Shown here piece by piece: positions 20,835 to 30,691 of a stretch of 64,000 bases of DNA. The notes under the pieces are model-generated. The model saw only the letters and a program-made list of their open reading frames with translations. It ran no database searches and was not told where the DNA came from. A program made the translations under genes and the position numbers. How positions within the stretch are numbered: the first letter of the stretch is position 1; each line of letters begins with the position of its first letter. The DNA is from an uncultured Acidobacteriota bacterium (GTDB lineage Bacteria > Acidobacteriota > UBA6911). The stretch lies in NCBI GenBank assembly GCA_963761825.1, contig CAVXIH010000010.1:155554-219553 (forward strand), written 5' to 3'.

Positions 20835-21836
20835 CTATAGCCATCCTCGATTCTGGTACCAACGAACTGTTTCGTTTATTCCCCTGGCCAGGTCTGTCGC
20901 AGGGCTGAAACCCAGCGCGGCCAACGCCTTGGATGAATCGCATATCCAGGATGTCTGGAGCAGTTCCCGGACCTTTTGGCTGTTCAGTGTTGCCGGCCGG
21001 CCAGTGACTTTCGCCCAGAGATCTCCCGCGCCGCCTATTGCTTCAGCAAGCCATTGAGGAAAGGAGATCTGCCGATAGTGCTTTCCCAGAGCCTGCGCTA
21101 TCGCGCGTCCGATGTCCTCCCAGGTATAGATCTCCGGGCGGGAGACAAAATAGATCGATCCTGAAGGCGTGTCGCAGTTGCCTGCCTGGATGCAGACAGA
21201 GGCCAAATCATGGACGTGAATCAGGCTGAATCGACGGATCAAGCGTCCCGGCGTGAACAGGCAGCCCCGCTTGATCATGCGGAATGCAAGAAGCGTTTCT
21301 GTGTCATACGGGCCATACACCGCCGAGGGTCGAAGAATCGTGACAGGGAAGGCGTGTGAAAATTGCAGGACTTCCTGTTCAGAAAGAAGCTTGCTCTCTC
21401 CATACCAGGAAATTGGATTTGGCTTGTCCTCTTCGTTCAGCCCCCGGTTGCCCGTGCCGGGTCCTGCGGCAGCCAGACTGCTCATGTGCACAAATCGTCT
21501 CAAATCAGGATTCGTTTCTGCCAGCACTTCCAGAAGAAGGCGAGTCCCTGCCTGATTGACCCGCACATAGTGCTCACGCCGCGCAGCTTTGATCAGTCCG
21601 GCCAGATGATAAACGGTTTGAACTCCGCGCACGGCTTCCCGGATGGAATCCCGGTCGTTCATATCTCCAATTACGAGGCGCACATGCAGTTTTTGAAGCG
21701 CATGGGTATCGCTTGTGTTTCTCACGAGGCATGTAACCTCGTGTCCTCTCTGCAACAGTGCTTCGACAAGATTTCGCCCCACGAAGCCTGTTCCGCCGGT
21801 GACAAGCACACTCCCGTTTGAATTGTCTGTCTGCAT
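20835..21836 (-). CDS. NAD(P)-dependent epimerase/dehydratase-family reductase, a candidate 3-ketosphinganine reductase (CerR-like)
   Basis: VTGGTGFVG Rossmann motif. Start taken at MQTDNSN. Confidence 0.65.
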   Translation of the reverse strand: MQTDNSNGSVLVTGGTGFVGRNLVEALLQRGHEVTCLVRNTSDTHALQKLHVRLVIGDMNDRDSIREAVRGVQTVYHLAGLIKAARREHYVRVNQAGTRLLLEVLAETNPDLRRFVHMSSLAAAGPGTGNRGLNEEDKPNPISWYGESKLLSEQEVLQFSHAFPVTILRPSAVYGPYDTETLLAFRMIKRGCLFTPGRLIRRFSLIHVHDLASVCIQAGNCDTPSGSIYFVSRPEIYTWEDIGRAIAQALGKHYRQISFPQWLAEAIGGAGDLWAKVTGRPATLNSQKVRELLQTSWICDSSKALAALGFSPATDLARGINETVRWYQNRGWL

Positions 21837-22101
21837 TATTCCGTTTCTTCTGACTGAGGTTTGAAGCCGCCCCCGACACGCTATCGTTTTATACAATGGA
21901 TCATAGGAACGACGCAAGCAAGCGCTGCTCTTCATGCGCACCTTCCTCACTGCAAACAAAAACATGTGGGTCGGGGCTCTTTATTTCAACCCCGACGCAT
22001 TGCGACTCCAAACAGATGTATCAAAGTTTTGAGACATTTGAAGCTCCGACCCACATATTTTACTGGTTTGTGATGATGGAGTTGCCGCCTTCGAAAATCA
22101 A

Positions 22102-24235
22102 TTAAAGCAGCAGGACGGAAAGCAGTGTTGCGGGAATCAACCAATAGGCTGTTCCCGCCAATCCCGCGAGGGGTGCCAAGACCAGGCTTGCGAGAACCGA
22201 TCCCATGCATCCGCCGATCAAATCTGCGGCATACAGCGGGGTGATCACTTTCCCTTGATCGCTCACGGCATACAGGCCGGCAAACGCGAATACTCCGGAC
22301 ACGAAGAAACCTGTCAGCGCCAGCAGTCCCAGGATTTCCAGAAGGCCTGCTTCGCCGCCGGAATTTATTTCCAGGCCAATAGCCGCACTTAGCCCTGCAA
22401 ATCCCGTAAACAGCGCAATCCCGAATCCTTTGGAGATACGATGTTGCATCCGAGCGAAGGCAAATGCTCCCAGGGCCAATCCGCCCATGAAGCCTGTGAG
22501 TAGTATCCCAATATCCTGGAAAAGAATGCCGTGCTTGGTCTGATAGTGCAGAAGAAGAATCGTCTCCAATACCATGCCTGCAAATCCCGCCATTCCCGTT
22601 AGCACTGTGCGTTTTATGGACCACGATGAGCGCATCAGCAGCAGGAAGGGCAGACTGAGAACAACCAGGATGAAGGTTTTGCGACCGCCGCTCAATTCGG
22701 GAAATGAAAAATCCCAGAGTATTGAGGAGGGGACGAATTTGGAAAGCCAGATCAGAATCGTGTACTGATAGCAGATGGGCCGGGTATCGGTATTGACCGG
22801 GGCGGTGCCGGATTCGAGAATCCGGGAGATCTCGCGAAATCGGTCGTTGGTATAGATATATCGGAGAAACTTCGCCGAGATAATTCTGGCCCGGATCCCT
22901 CTGTTTTCCAGCCGGGCAACTTGAACGAAAGGGTCCTTTGGCAAAGGATCCATAGATCCAATCACAACATTCGTGCTGCCCGGAATGAAAACAACTTCCG
23001 GAAAGACCGATCTGGCTGCCCTATAGATGCTGACCATTCTGCGCGTAAGCTGTGGAGTCCAGAAGTTTTCCGACGACTGAAGGCTGAATGCGACAATGCC
23101 CTGTGCGTTCAGTTTCGCATGGCATTGTCGAAAGAATTCCCGGGTATAAAAGCGATTTGTCTGTCCGGACGTCGGCTCCGGCATGCCCACCAAAATAAGG
23201 TCATATTTAGGCGCCCGATTGAGGAACCGGCGCGGGTCGTCATAGATAATCCGAACATTGGCGGCGCGAAGGGAGTTTTGTATGTCCAACGGGAGGTGTT
23301 TGGCAACAATGCGGATCAGAGCGGGATTCTGCTCCACATAATCCACCGACTCAGGAGAGTGCAACAGGACTTCGCGAACGGTCCCTTCAATGCCCCCGCC
23401 GAGCACCAGAACCTTTTTGGGATTTGGATGCTGTAAGGCTGCCGGATGGACAAACTCTTCAGCCCGGGTGCCTTCGCTGTCAAACAAAAGGGCGTCGTTT
23501 TCGAATACAGATGTCTGGCCATCCCGGGAAAGAACCGTAATTCTTGAATAGGGAGTATCCCTTGTCTCCACAAGATTCCGGTGGGTCCAGGATGTCATGA
23601 GCCGGTCGAGCGGGGAAGACTTCCAGGCAAGTGCTATCAAAATGCCGATAGCAACCATGGCGGTAAGGCGGAGCCAGCGCGAGCGGCTTCGGCGAAAATT
23701 CAGCAACGACGATCCGGCTGCAACCCCCGCACACAGCAGGGCGATAAAGAAATTCTGACAGCCGAATTTTAAGAAATAGCGTGGCGCAGATTCCTCCTGC
23801 CAATCCCCCCAGGCTTTCGATGCCATAGGCTGTTGCCAGCGACTTTGTCCCTGCCATATACGCCTTGGCCGTCCACTGAAACAGCAGACCAAGAAGCAGT
23901 CCCGCAGGCAGGAGAGAAACACACACAACGCCAATCTGCGTGTGCAGCGGAAGATATCCGCCCGGCACATCGGAAAAGAGAAGGCGGATGGAACGGATGA
24001 AGGCTACATCAACAGGAATGCTGATGGACAATAGCAGAAAAAGAAATTGGATGCTGGAAGAGGACGGAGATTTGGTTTTACGACGCAGCATGGTGCCGCA
24101 GGCGCTGCAAAGCAGCCAGACCCCCAGGGCAAGCGTGTAGATCAACTCAACGCCATAAAAGGCAACGCTGAGTTCCCGGAGCAGCACAGCCTGCGCCAGA
24201 ATGGAGACAAATCCGACGGCGAATAGATATCCCAC
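22102..24235 (-). pseudogene. Spermidine-synthase-like aminopropyltransferase domain flanked by N- and C-terminal polytopic membrane domains. Frameshift near 23740-23760.
   Basis: The N-terminal TM domain is in ORF 23480..24235 and the rest in 22102..23970. LVLGGGIEGTVREVL is SpdS-like. Confidence 0.6.
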
Positions 24236-24237
24236 AT

Positions 24238-25758
24238 TTACCTGAATTGCGATTCACTGAAAACATCTGCCTGAAAGACCTGGAATTTTGCGTTCCGCTT
24301 CCAGCATCCCGCTTGCAGCCCCGCTTTCATACAGAGGTTGTCGAGCATTTCCGCCCGATCCCAATGATTTTCCGTCGCTACCTGTGGAAGGAATACTGCG
24401 GATGTCCCCGCAGCGGACATCAGAACACCATCGCGGCCGACGACGATTTCGTTGGAGGAAGCGATGGCCTTCATGGGAGTCAGAACAGAGATTTCAATTT
24501 CAAGATTTTTCAGTTCATTGATTTCGACAGGCGCAAATCTGGAGTCGCCGAATGCCGACTGCAAAGCCATCGATCCCACCGTTTTACCAAGCGCAGTATC
24601 TCCCGGGATGTGTCCGATGCAGCCCCGAAGCTGTCCGGCCTTTCTGAGCGTAACAAACGCGCCTTGCGGAAAATCCATTCGTGCCGGAAGATTCCGCGCC
24701 AGCGGGAGCGTTTGTGTCGTCAGATACCAGAGGATGGATTCCCTCGCGAATGCGAGCAGAATTTTCTTTTCTGATTTCTGCAGCGGCGTTGCCCGGGAGG
24801 GCGCGGTGGCGCGATTCAAGACAGTCGTATTACTCGGAGTCTTTCCCGGAGCCAGAATGACCGCTCCGTACCCGACAGTGCGCGCAGCGTCATAGCCTAC
24901 CAGGACATCCCCGGAGTTTGCGTAGCCTGCGACCACGGCGCGCGTGGCGCCCAGCGCCTTGGCTGCCGCCATCCCTGCAAGGATTGCGGCTTCCCCGCAC
25001 GCTCTCGTTTCCAGATTAGGCAAGTCCAGAACACGCATCACGGAGGTGACCCGTGAAGGATCCAGGGCGGCAATGGTTGTGAGAGTCAGAGAATCCGCTT
25101 TTTCTGCATTCGTATTCGTCGGATAGTGGGACAAGTCCGAGCTGATCACGATCAACGCCCGCCGGCCCTTTAAAACCTTTCCCAGCGCCTCGCCGAAGCG
25201 CAGGCACATTTTGCTGTCCGGCGGATGGATGATAGCGGGGACAATCCGGGCATTCGGGAAAAGGGTTTGCACAAAAGGAAGCTGAACCTCGATGGAATGC
25301 TCTCTTGTATGAACCTCGCGGTTTCGATTGCAGTCCGTGCACTCGGCCAGCAGGGCGGAGGTGATCTCTTCATCAACCAGGCTGTTGCCCAGAGGAGTGC
25401 GAAAAGAACCATAGTTTCCCAGCGAAATCCCGCTGAAATTCCCTGTTGTGTGATTCACTCCCAGCAGCACAACGACGTCATACGTACGTCCAGCGACCTG
25501 ACGGTATGCGTCCGCACAAATCTGGCCGGAATATATATATCCGGCGTGAGGCACAATGAGGGCGAGCGGCTTCTCCATGGGAATTTCGACAGAATCCTGG
25601 AGATACTGCTGAATGGCAAGCTTCAGCTTCTGCGGATCGGCCGGGTAGAACTGGCCGGCAACCGCCGGCGGCCGTGTGTCGGCCGGCTTGGTGCCGGAGC
25701 CTGCAGATGAAGCCAGAATCACCAGGGCTGCAATGGCAAGAGCCAGGCTTCTTTTCAT
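24238..25758 (-). CDS. Memo1-like (AmmeMemoRadiSam protein B) fused to an AMMECR1 domain (protein A), with an N-terminal Sec-type signal peptide
   Basis: Signal MKRSLALAIAALVILASSA. Memo motif LIVPHAGYIYSG. AMMECR1 motif GQLRGCIGH. Confidence 0.75.
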   Translation of the reverse strand: MKRSLALAIAALVILASSAGSGTKPADTRPPAVAGQFYPADPQKLKLAIQQYLQDSVEIPMEKPLALIVPHAGYIYSGQICADAYRQVAGRTYDVVVLLGVNHTTGNFSGISLGNYGSFRTPLGNSLVDEEITSALLAECTDCNRNREVHTREHSIEVQLPFVQTLFPNARIVPAIIHPPDSKMCLRFGEALGKVLKGRRALIVISSDLSHYPTNTNAEKADSLTLTTIAALDPSRVTSVMRVLDLPNLETRACGEAAILAGMAAAKALGATRAVVAGYANSGDVLVGYDAARTVGYGAVILAPGKTPSNTTVLNRATAPSRATPLQKSEKKILLAFARESILWYLTTQTLPLARNLPARMDFPQGAFVTLRKAGQLRGCIGHIPGDTALGKTVGSMALQSAFGDSRFAPVEINELKNLEIEISVLTPMKAIASSNEIVVGRDGVLMSAAGTSAVFLPQVATENHWDRAEMLDNLCMKAGLQAGCWKRNAKFQVFQADVFSESQFR

Positions 25759-25852
25759 GGTTTTCCCCTTGAATATTGGATCCTTCGCATTTTTAGCCCG
25801 CATGTTTCACGATCTTTGTTTGGCAGGCAGGCTCGAACGCCAAAAACATATT

Positions 25853-27049
25853 TTAGGACCAGACACCTGCAATGGCTCTTCCGCAGAACTTGCAGTTCCC
25901 GCGCACAATATTCAGCTCCGCTATAAAAAAGGAGCTGCGTCGAATCACAACCTTCCCGCATTGGGGGCAGTATGTGTGATTGCCCGGATGGTCCGGCACA
26001 TTCCCGATATAGGCATAGCGAATGCCTTTGCTCATCGCGCAGTTCCGTGATCGCTCCAGTGTCGCCACCGGAGTGGGCGGGAGATGGAGGAGCTGATAAT
26101 CCGGGTGAAACCGCGTGAAATGAATCGGGACATCCGGCCCGATCTCTCCCATGATCCAATCTGCCAGTCCGGCCATCATTTTGTCTGAATCATTCAATGT
26201 CGGGACAACCAGATTGACGATTTCAAGGTGCACGCCGCTTTTGGCTATTTGCCGGATGCTGTTGAGAACCGGTCGAAGCTCCGCGCCGCATACATTGCGA
26301 TAAAAATCCTCGCTGTAACCCTTCAGGTCGATCTTAATCGCGTCCAGGATGCCGCACATTTCCTTCAGGGGTTCGGCGTTCATAAAGCCGCAGCTGATCA
26401 TCACGCAGCGCAGCTTCTGTTTTTTCGCCAACGCAGCGGTGTCGGCCAGATACTCCATAAACACGGTCGGTTCATTATAGGTAAAAGCTACGATAGGAGA
26501 TTGCCGCGCGGATGCCGATCCGACAATTGCGGCAGGCGCTACGAACGGCGTATCGAAATCCTCAGGCCGGGATTGAGAGATTTCCCAGTTCTGGCAGAAC
26601 TTGCAGCGCAACGGACAGCCCGAGGTCGCAAAGGAAAACGCATCGGAGCCTGGAAGGAAATGATAAAAAGGTTTCTTCTCGATCGGATCGATATGGATCG
26701 TTACTGGCCGGCCATAAACCAGGCTGCGCAACTCGCCGTTGACGTTCATGCGGGCGCGGCATTTTCCCCGCTCGCCCGGCTTGATGACGCAGGACTGGGC
26801 GCAGAGAAGGCATTTCACAATCGCATTTTTGCCGGCATGCGCCCCGACTTTAAGTTTTGATTCGGGCTTGTGGCATTGCATGCAGTCGATGCCGGGAGAT
26901 GCCGTGGAAATCCAATAGCGCGCTTTGGGCGCCGACCGGATTAAATCTCCTGTGCGGTCAAAAACCGCGGCTTGGGCAAACGCAAGGGAACTGCCGATTG
27001 TTGATCCGATTTTTGTTGCCGTAATCAGGAACTCACGTCGTGAAATCAT
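25853..27049 (-). CDS. AmmeMemoRadiSam-system radical SAM enzyme (PflA-like) with an N-terminal twin-arginine (Tat) signal extension
   Basis: SRREFLITATKIGSTIGSSLAFAQA Tat signal. CPLRCKFCQN radical SAM motif. The N-terminal C..C..C..GERGKC element is typical of this subfamily. Confidence 0.75.
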   Translation of the reverse strand: MISRREFLITATKIGSTIGSSLAFAQAAVFDRTGDLIRSAPKARYWISTASPGIDCMQCHKPESKLKVGAHAGKNAIVKCLLCAQSCVIKPGERGKCRARMNVNGELRSLVYGRPVTIHIDPIEKKPFYHFLPGSDAFSFATSGCPLRCKFCQNWEISQSRPEDFDTPFVAPAAIVGSASARQSPIVAFTYNEPTVFMEYLADTAALAKKQKLRCVMISCGFMNAEPLKEMCGILDAIKIDLKGYSEDFYRNVCGAELRPVLNSIRQIAKSGVHLEIVNLVVPTLNDSDKMMAGLADWIMGEIGPDVPIHFTRFHPDYQLLHLPPTPVATLERSRNCAMSKGIRYAYIGNVPDHPGNHTYCPQCGKVVIRRSSFFIAELNIVRGNCKFCGRAIAGVWS

Positions 27050-27407
27050 TCGTTCCTTCCCCTGCTACGATAATCCCCTTGTTGATGCGCTGTCAATCCT
27101 GCCTCCGCCTCTTGCGGTTGCTACGACCGTAGTCTTCATCAGGTCGGGGTCGGAATCGAAACGTTCAAGAACAAATCCAATAGCGATATCGACCCTGATA
27201 CCGGCCGCGACTCCGATGCTGAAATTTGCGATAAATGCTTCCGTTTACGTGCTTTTTCGGGTGATCCACGAATCGCGAGAAATTCAGGCGTGCTAATTGG
27301 TCGGACCATGATAAAATCACCCCGTTTTGCAGAGATGAGATGGAACTTCTGCGATATCGGATTCAGTTGGGTTTCATTTCTAATAGAGGAGCGGGGAGGA
27401 TAGCGCG

Positions 27408-27653
27408 ATGGTCGACGAAGATCTAAAATTACAAATTGAAAGGCTTAAGGCTGAGAACGAGGCTCTCAAGAGGTCCACTTCCAAAGGGCTTTCCATGAAA
27501 GTCAGTGAGAAAGGAGCCCTTTCGGTTTATGGTCTGGGCCGATTCCCTGTAACTCTTTATAAAGAGCAATGGCTTCGACTGCTTGATATGACTGAGGATA
27601 TTCGAGGATTCATCAAGCAGAACGAAAGCCAGCTGAGATCCAAAGGGCAGTAG
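27408..27653 (+). CDS. Small hypothetical protein (81 aa) with a coiled-coil N-terminus, divergent from the radical SAM gene
   Basis: GGAGG box 8 nt upstream of the ATG. No family recognised. Confidence 0.4.
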   Translation: MVDEDLKLQIERLKAENEALKRSTSKGLSMKVSEKGALSVYGLGRFPVTLYKEQWLRLLDMTEDIRGFIKQNESQLRSKGQ

Positions 27654-27888
27654 CCGTAGCACACAGCGGCTGCGGAGTATTGCGCGTGCTTGGATTCCGA
27701 ATAGCGTTTCGGTCGATGTTTGTACTTCCGTTTTCCAGCGGGAAATGGATGCTGCGATGTCTGGCTGCCCCATTAATAGGCCTCAAATAGCACGAATTGC
27801 ACAAAAACAGGTTTTCTATTTTTGATCACTCGATTTTCGTTCGAGAGTATCGTAATCTGTAAGTCTTTATTTAGAACATGGAGATAAT

Positions 27889-28797
27889 ATGACGGCAAAA
27901 CTAATTCTGGGCACAGAGGTCCAGACAACAATTCTCAAAGAAATTGAAGAAGAAGTAAAAAGGATCAAGCAGGAAAGAGGCGTCGTTCCAGGCTTGGTAA
28001 CTATCCTGGTGGGGGAGAACCCGGCGTCCATATCCTACGTAACTCTTAAGGTCAAAACGGCTCTCAGTTTAGGTTTCAAGGAAGTGCAGGACAACCAGCC
28101 CGCCGATATACCGGAAAAAGACCTTCTGGCTCTGATTGACAAATACAATAAGGACGAGTCGATCAACGGAATTCTGGTTCAATTGCCTCTGCCGAAGCAT
28201 ATCGACGAGAAAAAGGTGATCAATGCGATTGACCCTGACAAAGATGTGGACGGTTTTCATCCTGTCAATGTGGGTAGAGTGATGATCGGGGGGAGCGAGT
28301 GTAAGTTCCCGCCTTGCACGCCTGCCGGCATTCAGGAACTGATCGTGCGTTCCGGAGTCGAAACAAACGGTGCGGAAGTGGTCGTTGTCGGCCGATCCAA
28401 TATCGTCGGCAAGCCGATCGCAAACATGATGCTCCAGAAAGCCCGCGGCGCAAATTCAACCGTGACGATCGTGCACACCGCCACGAAGGACCTGGCTTCT
28501 CACTGCCTCCGTGCGGATATCCTGATTGTTGCGGCAGGAGTCCCGGGTCTCGTGAAGCCTGAGTGGATCAAGCCGGGCGCATGTGTCATCGACGTAGGCG
28601 TCAACCGTGTCGGAGAAAAGATCAGCGAAAAGACCGGCAAGAAAGTGGCCATCCTGCGAGGAGACGTCGATTTTGAAAAAGCCAAGGAGATCGCGGGCTC
28701 GATTACGCCGGTCCCCGGTGGTGTTGGGCCGATGACCATCACCATGCTCATGAAAAACACGCTGAATTCACTCAAGTTCAAGCTGGGTATTGCTTAA
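27889..28797 (+). CDS. folD: Bifunctional methylene-THF dehydrogenase / methenyl-THF cyclohydrolase
   Basis: Full-length 302 aa with YVTLK..., DVDGFHP.N.G and PGGVGPMT motifs. Confidence 0.9.
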   Translation: MTAKLILGTEVQTTILKEIEEEVKRIKQERGVVPGLVTILVGENPASISYVTLKVKTALSLGFKEVQDNQPADIPEKDLLALIDKYNKDESINGILVQLPLPKHIDEKKVINAIDPDKDVDGFHPVNVGRVMIGGSECKFPPCTPAGIQELIVRSGVETNGAEVVVVGRSNIVGKPIANMMLQKARGANSTVTIVHTATKDLASHCLRADILIVAAGVPGLVKPEWIKPGACVIDVGVNRVGEKISEKTGKKVAILRGDVDFEKAKEIAGSITPVPGGVGPMTITMLMKNTLNSLKFKLGIA

Positions 28798-28834
28798 CAA
28801 CTGGCCATCCGGCCTGATGGTGTAGTTTCGCCCT

Positions 28835-28879
28835 GTTCTTGGAGTCTTGGAGTGAATTTTTCTCCAAGACTCCAAGAAC
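28835..28879. terminator. Perfect 18-bp stem with a 9-nt loop (gttcttggagtcttggag / ctccaagactccaagaac) 38 bp after the folD stop. No immediate U-tract.
   Basis: Read in the sequence. Confidence 0.45.
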
Positions 28880-28930
28880 CCGGAAGATTCCCCCCCTTAT
28901 TTAAAGTCCCGCACTTTCCGAAATCAGGTC

Positions 28931-29066
28931 GTTCGCTATCGGAATCGGTATCGCTATCGGTATCGGATATCGCGATCGGGATTCGGTTGGTAGTTTTGGC
29001 ATGTTTTTATAAGAGCCGATATCCGATTGCGATCCCGATACCGATAGCGATACCGATTCCGAACAT
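28931..29066. repeat. Long imperfect inverted repeat built from ATCGG/TATCGG hexamer units (26-nt perfect core ggaatcggtatcgctatcggtatcgg / its reverse complement) around an AT-rich 30-nt centre, upstream of the MFS gene
   Basis: Read in the sequence. It also produces the artefactual PIAIPIPIAIPIP reading frames. Confidence 0.6.
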
Positions 29067-29140
29067 TTTGATTTTGGTATTGATGAGGACGTCAGTTCCA
29101 TCTGGCCATCAGACGACTTGCGGGATAGACTTCACGCAGA

Positions 29141-30424
29141 ATGACACAAATAATACCATTGGATTCAGGCACTACGGGAGAGCTTCCTCAGAGAGGAGGG
29201 CTGTCGAAACTAAAAACTGCCCTACGTGCCCTGCGCCACCGCAATTATCGCTTGTTCTTTGCCGGCCAGTTGATTTCTCTTGTAGGAACCTGGATGCAGA
29301 TGATCGCTCAATCCTGGTTGGTCTACCGCCTGACGGGTTCCTCCTTCCTGCTCGGTGCGATCGGTTTTGCATCCCAGATGCCGATTTTTCTCCTGGCCTT
29401 CGTCGGCGGAACCATTGCGGATCGGTACAATCGCCATCGGGTTGTGATTGCAACCCAGGCGGCATCGATGATTCTTGCCCTGTCCTTGTCCGTTCTGACG
29501 CTGACGGGAACGGTGCGCATATGGCATATCTTCGTCCTCTCGGCTCTGTTGGGCGTCGTGAACGCGTTCGATATGCCGACGCGACAGGCATTTATCGTTG
29601 AGCTGGTGGAGAGAGAAGATCTTATGAACGCGATCGCTCTCAACTCTTCTATCTTCAACGGAGCTCGGGTTATGGGACCGGCGGTCGCGGGTATGGTGAT
29701 TGCCGGTATCGGGGAAGGGTGGTGCTTCTTCGCCAATGGCATCAGCTATGTGGCGGTCATCGCCGGGTTGCTGCTTATGAAGCTGAAGGCACACGAGGGA
29801 ACCAACCGCAAGGAATCCGCCATCAGCAGCATTCTGGATGGGTTCCACTTTGTGCGTCGCACGCGCCCAATACGAGCGCTATTGTTGCTGCTTGGGTTGC
29901 TCAGCATCGTCGGGATGCCATACTCGGTGCTCATGCCGATTTTCGCCGACAAGATACTTCACGGCGGGCCGCGCGGCCTCGGCATCCTGATGGGAGCCAC
30001 CGGATTTGGCGCCCTTATTGGCTCGATTTCCTTGGCTGCCAAATCAGGCACGGAGGGACTCGGGAAACTGGTTGCTTACGCGAGCGCAGGATTCGGGGCG
30101 GGGCTTCTTTTATTTTCCGTCTCGCGCAATTTCTGGCTGTCGGCGATCTTTCTCGTCCCCGTCGGCATGTCATTCATGATCACCATGGCTTGCACCAATA
30201 CGCTGATCCAGACGGTGGTCCCTGACCATTTGCGCGGCCGCGTCATGGCGACGCACGTGTGGATGTTTTTGGGGATGACTCCGTTCGGTTCTTTTCTTGC
30301 GGGAGCAATTGCGACGCACGCAGGGGCGCCGGCGACAATGTTTGTGGGAGCGCTTTTATGTATGGCGGGAGCCGGACTGTTTGCCTTCCGGCTGCGGGGA
30401 TTGCAGTTTTCTGCCCGAAGTTAA
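29141..30424 (+). CDS. MFS transporter (DHA3/EntS-like)
   Basis: 427 aa, 12 TM helices, conserved RNYRLFFAGQ..S..G region. Confidence 0.8.
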   Translation: MTQIIPLDSGTTGELPQRGGLSKLKTALRALRHRNYRLFFAGQLISLVGTWMQMIAQSWLVYRLTGSSFLLGAIGFASQMPIFLLAFVGGTIADRYNRHRVVIATQAASMILALSLSVLTLTGTVRIWHIFVLSALLGVVNAFDMPTRQAFIVELVEREDLMNAIALNSSIFNGARVMGPAVAGMVIAGIGEGWCFFANGISYVAVIAGLLLMKLKAHEGTNRKESAISSILDGFHFVRRTRPIRALLLLLGLLSIVGMPYSVLMPIFADKILHGGPRGLGILMGATGFGALIGSISLAAKSGTEGLGKLVAYASAGFGAGLLLFSVSRNFWLSAIFLVPVGMSFMITMACTNTLIQTVVPDHLRGRVMATHVWMFLGMTPFGSFLAGAIATHAGAPATMFVGALLCMAGAGLFAFRLRGLQFSARS

Positions 30425-30691
30425 ACTGATTTTCAGCGCACTTTGAAATGACAGGCTCGTTCCATTCCCATGGTAGAGTTCGCGCCCGGCTGGCGGTAAT
30501 TTATTTTCCAGCAAAAAATGGACTTTATCTGATTTTCCATTATAATGACGCGGCTGGCAGCCTCGATATCCATGAGGGATCGGGGCCGTTCGCTGCGATT
30601 ATCCGGGGCGTCCGGACGGGAAATATTCTGGTCGGTATTATTATAAAAACCATAAAAAAGAAAGACCAATAGAACTTACGGAGGATGGCAC

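Noticed and set aside
27654-27888. Possible ZTP/THF-type riboswitch upstream of folD, and likewise at 30425-30691 upstream of fhs
   Set aside because: I looked for the conserved pfl/ZTP and THF core motifs and found no convincing match. Only a partial CCGCCAGCCGGGCG resemblance exists, and it is on the wrong strand.
28995-29013. TTGGCA ... TATAAG as a sigma-54 or sigma-70 promoter
   Set aside because: The spacing fits neither the -24/-12 nor the -35/-10 consensus.
28931-29066. CRISPR-like short repeats
   Set aside because: The repeats are inverted and contiguous, without spacers. This is not a CRISPR array.
28852-29601. 249-aa ORF containing PIAIPIPIAIPIP
   Set aside because: It is a translation of the ATCGG-unit inverted repeat. 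It overlaps the MFS start in another frame.
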